Position numbers and translations under genes: made by a program. From contig NC_086098.1 of NCBI RefSeq assembly GCF_963921235.1, forward strand, positions 620,001 to 684,000: a DNA stretch of 64,000 nucleotides, given 5' to 3'. The first letter of the stretch is position 1; the number at the start of each line of letters is the position of its first letter. This DNA comes from Mobula hypostoma (lineage: Eukaryota). The notes under the pieces are model-generated. The model ran no database searches. It was not told the DNA's origin and saw nothing but the letters and a program-made list of their open reading frames with translations. Shown piece after piece: positions 47,408 through 58,425 of this stretch.

Positions 47408-48565
47408 CTGTACCTAATCCCTAGCACCTTAAACCTATGTCCTTTTGTCGGAACCATTTCAGCCCTGGGAAAAAGCCTCTGACTATCCACATGATCAATG
47501 CCTGTCATCATCTTATATACCTCTATCAGGTCACCTCTCATCCTCCGTCGCTCCAAGGAGAAAAGGCCGAGTTCACTCAAACTGTTTTCATAAGGCATGC
47601 TCCCCAATCCAGGCAACGTCCTTGTAAATCTCCTCTGCATCCTTTCCATGCTTTCCACATCCTTCCTGCAGTGAGGCAACCAGAACTGAGCACATTACTC
47701 CAAGTGGTGTCTGACCAGGGTCCTATATAGCTGCAACATTACCTCTCGGCTCTTAAACTCAATCCTACGATTGATGAAGGCCAATGCACCATATGCCTTC
47801 TTAACCACAGAGTCAACCTGTGCAGCTGCTTTGAGCATCCTATGGATGCGGATCCCAAGATCCCTCTGATCCTCCACACTGCCAAGAGTCTTATCATTAA
47901 TACTATATTCTGCCATCATATTTGACCTACCAAAATGAACCACTTCACAGCTATTTGGGTTGAACACCATCTGCACCTCTCAGCCCAGATTTGCATCCTA
48001 TCAATGTCCCGCTGTAACCTCTGACAGCCCTCCACACTATCCACAACACCCCTAACCTTTGTGTCATCAGCAAATTTACTAACCCATCCCTCCACTTCCT
48101 CATCCAGGTCATTTATAAAAATCACAAAGAGTAAGGGTCCCAGAACAGATCCCTGAGGCACACCACTGGTCATTGACCTCCATGCAGAATATGACCTATC
48201 TACAACCACTCTTTGCCTTCTGTGGCCAAGCCAACTCTGGATCCATAAAGCAATGTCCCCTTGGATCCCATGCCTCCTTACTTTCTCAATAAGCCTTGCA
48301 TGGGGTACCTTATCAAATGCCTAGCTGAAATCCACATGCACTACATCTACTGCTCCTCCTTCATCAATGCGTTTAGTCACATCCTCAAAGAGTTCAATCA
48401 GGCTCATAAGGCACAAACTGCCCTTGACAAAGACCTGCTGACTATTCCTAATCATATTATACCTCTACAAATGTTCATAAATCCTGCCTCTCAGGATCTT
48501 CTCCATCAACTTACAAACCGGTGATGTAAGACTCACTTGTGTATAATTTCCTGGGCTATCCCCAT
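47408..48565 (-). mobile_element. CR1 RT/C-terminal part; upstream part continues at 52548-53445
   Basis: ORFs 47916 and 47695; CTGGGCTATC at 48560 rejoins TCTACTCCCTTTCTTGAATAA at 52547. Confidence 0.85.
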
Positions 48566-51500
48566 TTCAGCAGGAGGAGAGAGAGGCAGCGTGCCGTGCA
48601 TGCGCAGCCCTCCTGTGAAAACTGATATCATATCTGTTAATTAGGGGCCGTGGACAATTCTGATTTGATGGAAATGGACGTGAAAGCTCAGAGGAACATC
48701 TAGAGAAATTTCTGAAACGCCAGTTCTCTGCTGTCGTTACTGCGCGGTTGGGAATCTTTCGGAGGGAAGGCCTCAAAATCCCCGGCTTTGCCTGCTGTTG
48801 ACAACCGAGATGGAGGTCAAATCGTTCGGAGAGATATGGCGCTCAGTACTTGGTGTCGCAGAGCTGATCAGAGCTCGGAGTTTTCGGATGACTCAGAGTC
48901 GGACCGTGGTCGGGTATGGCAGGGAGAGTTTTTCTTCCTTCTCCCGTCTGCGTGAGATGTGGGACATTTGAGAGACTTTGAACTTTTACTGTGCTCATGG
49001 ACTTCTTCATGAAGTTATGGTATTGTTGCACTGTTGTAACTATATGTTATAATTACGTGGTTTTGTTAGTTTTTTTTTCAGTCTTGGTCTGTCCTGTGAT
49101 TTATAGAACATAGAATAGTACAGCACAGTACAGGCCCTTCGGCCCACAATGTTGTGCCGACCCTCAAACCCTGCCTCCCATATAAGGCCCCACCTTAGAT
49201 TCCTCCATATACCTGTCTAGTAGTCTCTTAAACTTTACTAGTGTATCTGCCTCCACCACTGACTCAGGCAGTGCATTTCACGCACCAACCACTCTCTGAG
49301 TAAAAAACCCTCCACTAATATCCCCCTTGAACTTCCCAACCCTGACCTTAAAGCCATGTCCTCTTGTATTGAGCAGTGGTGCCCTGGGGAAGAGGCGCTG
49401 GCTATCCACTCTATCTATCCCTCTTATTATCTTGTACACCTCTATCATGTCTCCTCTCATCCTCCTTCTCTCCAAAGAGTAAAGCCCTAGCTCCCTTAAT
49501 CTCTGATCATAATGCATACTTTCTAAACCAGGCAGCATCCTGGTAAATCTCCTCTGTACCCTTTCCAATGTTTCCACATCCTTCCTATAGTGAGGTGACC
49601 AGAACAGGACACAGTACTCCAAGTGTGGCCTAACCAGAGTTTTATAGAGCTGCATCATTACATCGCGACTCTTAAACTCTATCCCTCGACTTATGAAAGC
49701 TAACACCCCATACGCTTTCTTAACTACCCTATCCACCTGTGAGGCAACTTTCGGGGATCTGTGGACATGTACCCCGAGATCCCTCTGCTCCTCCACACTA
49801 CCAAGTATCCTGCCATTTACTTTGTACTCTGCCTTGGAGTTTGTCCTTCCAAAGCGTACCACCTCACACTTCTCCGGGTTGAACTCCATCTGCCACTTCT
49901 CAGCCCACTTCTGCATCCTATCAATGTCTCTCTGCAATCTTTGACAATCCTCTGCACTATCTACAACACCACCAACCTTTGTGTCGTCTGCAAACTTGCC
50001 AACCCACCCTTCTACCCCCACATCCAGATCGTTAATAAAAATCACGAAAAGTAGAGGTCCCAGAACAGATCCTTGTGGGACACCACCAGTCACAATCCTC
50101 TAATCTGAATGTACTCCCTCCACCACCACCCTCTGCCTTCTGCAGGCAAGCCAATTCTGAATCCACCTGGCCAAACTTCCCTGGATCCCATGCCTTCTAA
50201 CTTTCTGAATAAGCCTACCGTGTGGAACCTTGTCAAATGCCTTACTAAAATCCATATAGATCACATCCACTGCACTACCCTCATCTATATGCCTGGTCAC
50301 CTCCTCAAAGAACTCTATCAGGCTTGTTAGACACGATCTGCCCTTCACAAAGCCATGCTGACTGTCCCTGATCAGACCATGATTCTCTAAATGCCTATAT
50401 ATCCTATCTCTAAGAATCTTTTCCAACAGCTTTCCCACCACAGACGTAAGGCTCACTGGTCTATAATTACCCGGACTATCCCTACTACCTTTTTTGAACA
50501 AGGGAACAACATTTGCTTCCCTCCAGTCCTCCGGTACCATTCCCGTTGACAACGAGGACGTAAAGATCCTAGCCAGAGGCTCAGCAATCTCTTCTCTCGC
50601 CTCGTGGAGCAGCCTGGGAAATATTCCGTCAGGCCCTGGGGACTTATCTGTCCTAATGTATTTTAACAACTCCAACACCTCCTCTCCCTTAATATCAACA
50701 TGCTCCAGAACATCAACCTCACTCATATTGTCCTCACCATCATCAAGTTCCCTCTCATTGGTGAATACCGAAGAGAAGTATTCATTGAGGACCTCGCTCA
50801 CTTCCACAGCCTCCAGGCACATCTTCCCACCTTTATCTCTAATCGGTCCTACCTTCACTCCTGTCATCCTTTTTTTCTTCACATAATTGAAGAATGCCTT
50901 GGGGTTTTCCTTTACCCTACTCGCCAAGGCCTTCTCATGCCCCCTTCTTGCTCTTCTCAGCCCCTTCTTAAGCTCCTTTCTTGCTTCCCTATATTCCACA
51001 ATAGACCCATCTGATGCTTGCTTCCTAAGCCTCATGTATGCTGCCTTCTTCCACCTGACTAGATTTTTCACCTCACTTGTCACCCATGGTTCCTTCACCC
51101 TACCATTCTTTAACTTCCTCACCGGGACAAATTTATCCCTTACATCCCGCAAGAGATCTCTAAACATCGACCACACGTCCATAGTGCATTTCCCTGCAAA
51201 AACATCATCCTAATTCACACCCGCAAGTTTTAGCCTTATAGCCTCATAATTTGCCTTTCCCGAATTAAAAATTTTCCTGTCCTCTCTGATTCTATCCTTT
51301 TCCATGATAATTATAAAGGCCATGGAGCAGTGGTCACTGTCCTCCAGATGCTCACCCACTGAGAGATCTGAGACCTGACCCGGTTCATTACCTAGTACTA
51401 GATCTAGTATGGCATTCCCCCTGGTCGGCCTGTCCACATACTGTGACAGGAATCCAACCTGGACACACTTAACAAATTCTGCCCCATCTAAATCCTTGGA

Positions 51501-52547
51501 ACTAATCAGGTGCCGATCAATATTAGGGGAGTCACCCATGATAACAACCCTGTTATTTTTGCACCTTTCCAAAATCTGCCTCCCAATCTGCTCCTCTATA
51601 TCTCTGCTGCTACCAGGGGGCCTATAGAATACCCCCAGTAGAGTAACTGCTCCCTTCCTGTTCCTGATTTCCACCCATATTGACTCAAAAGAGGATCCTG
51701 CTACAATACCCACCCTTTCCGTAGCTGTAATAGTATTCCTGACCAGTAATACCACCACTCCTCCCCTTTTTCCACCCTCTCTATCCCTTTTAAAGCACTG
51801 AAATCCAGGAATATTGAGAATCCATTCCTGCCCTGGTGCCAGCCAAGTCTCTGTAATTGCCACTACATCATAATTCCATGTATGTATCCAAGCTCTCCGT
51901 TCATCACCTCTGTTCCTGATGCTTCTTGCATTGAGGTACACACATTTCAGCCCTTCTACCTTACTGTCTTTACACTGTTTATTCTGCTTCTCTTTTCTCA
52001 AAGCCTCTCTGTATGTTAGATCTGGCTTTACTCCATGCACTTCTTTCATTGCTCTATTGCTCTGGGTCCCATCCCCCTCGCAAATTAGTTTAAACCCTCC
52101 CGAACCATGCTAGCAAACCTACCTGCAAGGATATTGCTCCCCCTCGAGTTCAGGTGCAACCCATCCAATCTGTACAGGTCCCACCTTCCCCAGAAAAGAT
52201 CCCAATGATCTAAAAATCTAAAACCCTGCTCCCTGCACCAACTCCTCAGCCACGCATTCAACTGCCATCTCCTCCAATTCTTGCCATCACTGTCACGTAG
52301 CACTGGCAGCAATCCTGAGAACATCACCCTTGAGGTCCTGTTCTTCAGCCTTCTGCCTAGTTCCCTAAACTCACACTTCAGGACCTCATCCCTCTTCCTG
52401 CCTATGTCATTGGTCCCAACATGTATCACGACTTCTGGTTGCTTTCCCTCTCGGACCAGGATGTCACACCGGAGGAAATATTGTATCATTTCTTAATGGA
52501 TGCATTACTAAATGACAATAAAAGAGGACTGTGTGTCTTCATAATCT
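48566..52547 (+). repeat. Unclassified SINE-like repeat (48566-49100 + 52466-52547) split by a CR1
   Basis: 3' piece has AATAAA and ends ATAATCT; the joined sequence matches the rc of 46207-46260. Confidence 0.6.
49102..52465 (-). mobile_element. CR1 subfamily B (copy B2), truncated within ORF1
   Basis: ORFs 52085 (esterase), 51210 (APE), 50100 and 49278 (RT), separated by point stops. Confidence 0.95.
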
Positions 52548-53445
52548 CTACTCCCTTTCTTGAATAAGGAACAACATCCGTAACCCTCCAATCCTCCGGA
52601 ACCTCTCCCGTCCCCATTGATGATGCAAAGATCATCACCAGAGGCTCAGTAATCTCCTCCCTCGCCTCTCATAGTAGCCTGGGGTACATCTCATCTGGTC
52701 CTGGCGACTTAATCAACTTGATACTTTCGAAAAGCTCCAGCACATCCGCTTTCTTAATATCTACATGCTCAAGCTTTTCAGTCCGCTGCAAGTCATCATT
52801 ACCATCACCAAGATCCTTTTCCATAGTGAATACTGAAGTATTCATTATGTACCTCTGCTATTTCCTCTGGTTCCATACACACTTTCCAACTGTCACACTT
52901 GATAGGACCTATTCTTTCACAACTTATCCTCTCACTCTTCACATACTTGTAGAATGCCTTGGGGTTTTCCTTAATCTTGCCCGCGAAGGCCTTCTCATGG
53001 CCCCTTCTGGCTCTCCTAATTTCCTTCTTAAGCTCCTTCCTGTTAGCCTTATAATCTTCTAGATCTCTAACTTTACCTAGCTCTCTGAACCTTTTGTAAG
53101 CTTTTCTTTTCTTCTTGACTAGATTTATTATAGCCTTTGTACACCATGGTTCCTGTACCCTACCATAACTTTCCTGTCTCATTGGAAAGTATCTATGCAG
53201 AACTCCACACAAATAACCCCTGATCATTTGCCACATTTCTTCCATACTTTTCCCTGAGAACATCTGCTCCCAATTTAATCTTCCTATTTCCTGCCTGATA
53301 GCCTCATAATTCCCCTTACTCCAAATAAATGCTTTTCTAATTTGTCTGTTCCTATCTCTCTCCAATGCTATTCTAAAGGAGACAGAATTATGATCACTAT
53401 CTCCAAAATGCTCTCCCACTGAGAGATATGACCAGGTTCATTTTC
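52548..53445 (-). mobile_element. CR1 APE end and linker, upstream part of 47408-48565
   Basis: ORF 52805 GDSDHN..KENPKAFYKYVKS. Confidence 0.85.
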
Positions 53446-53451
53446 TTATAT

Positions 53452-55211
53452 GAAACATAGAAACATAGAAAATAGGTGCAGGAGTAGGCCATTCGGCCCT
53501 TCGAGCCTGCACCGCCATTTATTATGATCATGGCTGATCATCCAACTCAGAACCCCGCCCCAGCCTTCCCTCCATACCCCCTGACCCCTCTAGCCACAAG
53601 GGCCATATCTAACTCCCTCTTAAACATAGCCAATGAACTGGCCTCAACAGTTTGCTGTGGCAGAGAATTCCACAGATTCACCACTCTCTGTGTGAAGAAG
53701 TTTTTCCTAATCTCGGTCCTAAAAGGCTTCCCTTCTATCCTCAAACTGTGACCCCTCGTTCTGGACTTCCCCAACATCGGGAACAATCTTCCCGCATCTA
53801 ACCTGTCCAATCCCTTTAGGATCTTATACGTTTCAATCAGATCCCCCCTCAATCTTCTAAATTCCAACGAGTACAAGCCCGGTTCATCCAGTCTTTCTTC
53901 ATATGAAAGTCCTGCCATCCCAGGAATCAATCTGGTGAACCATCTTTGTACTCCCTCTATGGCAAAGATGTCTTTCCTCAGATTAGGGGACCAAAACTGC
54001 ACGCAGTACTCCAGGTGTGGTCTCACCAAGGCCTTGTACAACTGCAGTAGTACCTCCCTGCTCCTATACTCGAATCCTCTTGCTATAAATGCCAGCATAC
54101 CATTCGCCTTTTTCACCGCCTGCTGTACCTGCATGCCCACTTTCAATGACTGGTGTATAATGACACCCAGGTCTCGTTGCACCTCCCCTTTTCCTAATCG
54201 GCCACCATTCAGATAATAATCTGTTTTCCTATTTTTGCCACCAAAGTGGATAACTTCACATTTATCCACATTAAATTGCATCTGCCATGAGTTTGCCCAC
54301 TCACCCAACCTATCCAAGTCACCCTGCATCCTCTTAGCATCCTCCTCACTGCTAACACTGCCACCCAGCTTCGTGTCATCCGCAAACTTGGAGATGCTGC
54401 ATTTAATTCCCTCATCCAAGTCATTAATATATATTGTAAACAACTGGGGTCCCAGCACTGAGCCTTGCAGTACCCCACTAGTCACCGCCTGCCATTCTGA
54501 AAAGGTCCCGTTTATTCCCACTCTTTGCTTCCTGTCTGCTAACCAATTCTCCACCCACACCAATACCTTACCCCCAATACCGTGTGCTTTAAGTTTGCAC
54601 ACGAATCTCCTGTGTGGGACCTTGTCAAAAGCCTTTTGAAAATCCAAATATACCACATCCACTGGTTCTCCCCTATCCACTCTACTAGTTACATCCTCAA
54701 AAAATTCTATGAGATTCGTCAGACATGATTTTCCTTTCACAAATCCATGCTGACTTTGTCCAATCATTTCACCGCTTTCCAAATATGCTGTTATCACATC
54801 CTTGATAACTGACTCCAGCAGTTTCCCCACCACCGACATTAGGCTAACCGGTCTATAATTCCCCGGTTTCTCTCTCCCTCCTTTTTTAAAAAGTGGGGTT
54901 ACATTAGCCACCCTCCAATCCTCAGGAACTAGTCCAGAATCTAACGAGTTTTGAAAAATTATCACTAATGCATCCACTATTTCTTGGGCTACTTCCTTAA
55001 GCACTCTAGGATGCAGACCATCTGGCCCTGGGGATTTATCTGCCTTCAATCCCTTCAATTTACCTAACACCACTTCCCTACTAACATGTATTTCACTCAG
55101 TTCCTCCATCTCACTGGACCCTCTGTCCCTTACTATTTCTGGAAGATTATTTATGTCCTCCTTAGTGAAGACAGAACCAAAGTAATTATTCAATTGGTCT
55201 GCCATGTCCAT
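53452..55211 (-). mobile_element. 5'-truncated CR1 subfamily A (copy A4), open 554-codon RT/C-terminal frame at 53547-55211
   Basis: All RT motifs present; (TTTCTATG)n tail. Confidence 0.95.
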
Positions 55212-56280
55212 GAAGAATGGGTCTGATGTGAGAAGGGAGCTGAAAAAGGCTTATGAGTTAGTTGAAGTCGCGGCTGTAAGCAGAATCAAGGAAATAAGAG
55301 GAGGTATGATGAAGAAGTGAGGTTCTCCCAACTCGTGCCAGGAGACCAAGTCCTCATAAGGAATATGAGGTTACCTGGGAAGCATAAGTTGGCTGACCAC
55401 TGGGCGGCTACGCACCATGCAGTGGAGAGTCAGATACCAGACGTACTAGTTTTCCAGGTGAAACCAAAAGATGAGAATGTGTCTGTCAAGATTCTCCATC
55501 GTAACCAGCTTCCACCTCTTGGTCAAGAGGTGCGGGTTGACCCAGAGTCTGACCTGGAACCTACACCTTGTAAGGTGACTCTGTGGTGAAGCAGAGAGAC
55601 TGAAGGACCAACCAACAGCAAGAAATATTAGACCAGCCCCCGCCCCTGAATGGGATATAGACTCTGAGGATGAGGAAATGAGGGTGTGGTATATGCAAAC
55701 ACAAGGAAATCTGCAGATGCTGGAAGTGCAAGCAACACACACAAAATGTTGGTGGAACGCAGCAGGCCACCACGAAGGGTTTCGGCCCAAAAAGTCGACT
55801 GTACCTCTTCCTATAGATGCTGCCTGGCCTGCCGCGTTCCACCAGCATTTTGTGTGTGTTGCGTGGTATATGCTGCCTTTTGCTATCTCCCCACTGATTG
55901 AAGAAGAGATTTCCAAACCTTCTCACGCTGAAGCAGGTGAAATCGGGGGGATTATCTGTGGACAGACTTGGTTTCAGTGGGACTGTGAAGGGGATGAAGT
56001 GGGGCTCATCCAAGTGGCAGAGGGATGCGAGTTGCAGGAAGGCACGAGTGATAGACCAGGGGAGGCCTCACCAGGTCGACCAGAAGTATCCCAAGGAGTG
56101 TCGCAACTTGAAGAAATAGAAGACGGGGGAAGGAGGTCCCAAAGAATCAGGAGATCATCAGATAGGCTGGCCTATGTAGCACCAGGGGAACAGAGTGCTA
56201 CGGCTATCCCCCTAGTGAGATATGTCACTACCCTTTACTAATGGATTGAAGGCTCTAACATCATGAAATTCCTTTGAAAA
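55212..56280 (+). mobile_element. Gypsy/Ty3 pol 3' end (integrase C-terminal region)
   Basis: ELKKAYE..NKRRYD..LVPGDQVLIRN..GKHKLADHW..KILHRNQL; RRSQRIRRSSDRLAY. Confidence 0.75.
55697..55862. mobile_element. Second palindromic PLE-derived mini-element
   Basis: 38-bp arms at 55732-55769 and 55825-55862, perfect 11-bp TSD GTGGTATATGC, partial hammerhead in the loop. Confidence 0.85.
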
Positions 56281-56284
56281 CAGT

Positions 56285-56625
56285 GTTATTAATGGCAGAA
56301 TGACATTCCAATTAGGATGGCTGGATTAAGGGGAGGTTTCTCTAGTGAGCTTGGGTTTCTCTAGTTGGGCTTGGGTTTTTTTATTAAGGAGACGAAGAGA
56401 GAAGATGCCAGAGAGAAGAGGTCATAGGGTTTGACCTGGAGCAGGGCTGTGATTTGATGAAGCCTGGGGTGAGATCGAAGGAGGATCAGCGAAGGGGAAA
56501 CCGTGAGCTCCAACTTGTGCACATTAGACTGTTTCAGTAAAATGGGCCTTTTCTTTTTTGTTCTTTCTTTACTAACCCTTTAGTCAAATTAAGAATTATA
56601 AAGCTAAATCGTTTAATTGTATATG
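56285..56625 (+). mobile_element. Probable partial Gypsy LTR
   Basis: Non-coding block following the pol 3' end, with CCAAT, a short tandem repeat and an AT-rich end; termini not seen. Confidence 0.4.
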
Positions 56626-56629
56626 GTTA

Positions 56630-58425
56630 TATAATAAATGAAACAGTCCTCCCATAACACTTTGACCGCCATCGATGCCCTCCTGTCCTTGGTAGGAAAA
56701 GCCTGAGCATATCTGGTGTGGCGGTCTGTGATAACTAAGACATTCGCTGCGTTGCTGGCATCAGGTTCTATTGATAGGAAATCCATACATGCCAGGGGCC
56801 CCAAAGTGAGACAATGGAGTAGCCCTCATTGGCAGCGTCTTCCTCCGTTTGCATTGAATGCATGACCTGCAGTACTCTTCAACCTGCGGTTTCATTCTGA
56901 ACAGCTAGAACTGATCTCTGAGCAATCCATAGGTCTTTTTAAGCCCCAAATGGCCAGAATTATCATGAAGTGACTTCAACACAATCTTCCGATACTTCTC
57001 AGGCAGAACCAGCTGGGAACACCGAGGCTGGCATGGAGGTGATGTGACCTGGTATAGTATCTGATTCCGTAACTCCAATCTGAGTCACTCTCTCAGTAAT
57101 TGAGACATCACAGCATGTTTTGTCCTTTCCGCTTGGACCATGTCTCCCTTTTTGACCACTGACCAAATAGTACAGATGCCTGGGTCATCTCTCTGAGCAG
57201 CTACCACTTCCCCAGGACTCAATTCTAGCAACTGGTTTGCCTTCAGAGCAGTCAGATTACAGTAAGCTTGTGGAATGGCGTCATCAAAAGCTCCCAATTG
57301 ATTTACCATTCGATCCTGCCCTTGTCTTCACTATGATAACAAACTGCCACATGGCTTTCACTCCAGGGGCAGGAACACTCTCTCACTCTTCCCCCTGTCC
57401 AGCTTTTCATGCGCACAATGGGACAAAGAATCAGCATCAATGTTCCTACTTCCTGGCCAGTAATTCAGGCTGAAATAATAGGCAGACAACACCACCAACC
57501 ATTGATGGCCTGTGGCATCTAATTTTGCCAAAGGTCAAGGTATAAGTTAAGGGGATTGTTGTTCGTCCTTGCCTCAAACTTGGCACCATAGAGGTAGTCA
57601 ATCAACTTATCCACCACAGCACATTTCAATCCCAGGAACATTCCAACTTGATCCTGGGATAGTTTTTCTCAGAGGCTGACAGACTCCGGCTAACAAACGG
57701 AACAAGTCTCACCCCTGTGCCCTGATCCTGATACAGGACACCTCCTAAGCCGTCTCTGCTGGCATTTGTATGCAGTACATAGGGCAATCGGGGGTCTGCA
57801 AAAGCCAGCACAGGCGCTTGTGTCAGCAGCTCCTTCAGCGACTGAAAGGCCTCTTCACATTTTGCATCCCACCTCACTCCAAGAGATTATGAAGGGCTAA
57901 GATAATCCTTTCCCTCCTCTCCTTTTGTCTTCCTCCCTTTCCTCCCCAAGGGAGGATAACTGCACAGGCGCTGATTTAAAGGGTGATTCAATGTCGTGTA
58001 GCCCTTCACGAACTTCCAGTAGTACCCACAGAACTCAAGGGAAGTGTGCAAAGCGCTCGCAGTCTGGGGCCTTGGTCATGTGGTCACCGCCTCAATCTTA
58101 GAAGGATCTGTAGCTACACCATCCCATGAGACTATGTGCCCAACATACCTGACAGATGTCTTGCAGAACTGGCACTTGTCCAGGGAATGTTTTAACCCTT
58201 CAGCTTTCAGGTGAGCCAACATCTTCAGTAGCCTTGCTTCATGTTCCTCCAAGGTGGGCCCAAACACTATGATGTCATCCAGATACACCAATACCTCAAG
58301 AAAGTTCATAACCCCCACAATATTTTGCATGACATGCTGGAAGGTCGCAGGGGCTCCCCATATGCCCTGGGGCATCATTTTGGACTGGAAAGATCCAAGT
58401 GGACATATAAATGCCATCTTCTCTT
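56630..58425 (-). mobile_element. Gypsy/Ty3 pol remnant: RT, RNase H, integrase Zn-finger and core start
   Basis: MPQGIWGAPATFQ..YLDD (58076), LHTNASRDGLGGVL..EKNY (57626), HDNSGHLG..CRSCIQC, CMDFL..VLVITDRHTRYA (56613); RT-RH-IN order. Confidence 0.9.

Noticed and set aside
46738..47679. 313-aa ORF resembling a circularly permuted RT
   Set aside because: Chance in-frame junction at about 47408 between two different CR1 fragments
55678..56241. 187-aa ORF as a novel gene
   Set aside because: A chimera of the PLE mini-element and the low-complexity Gypsy pol tail
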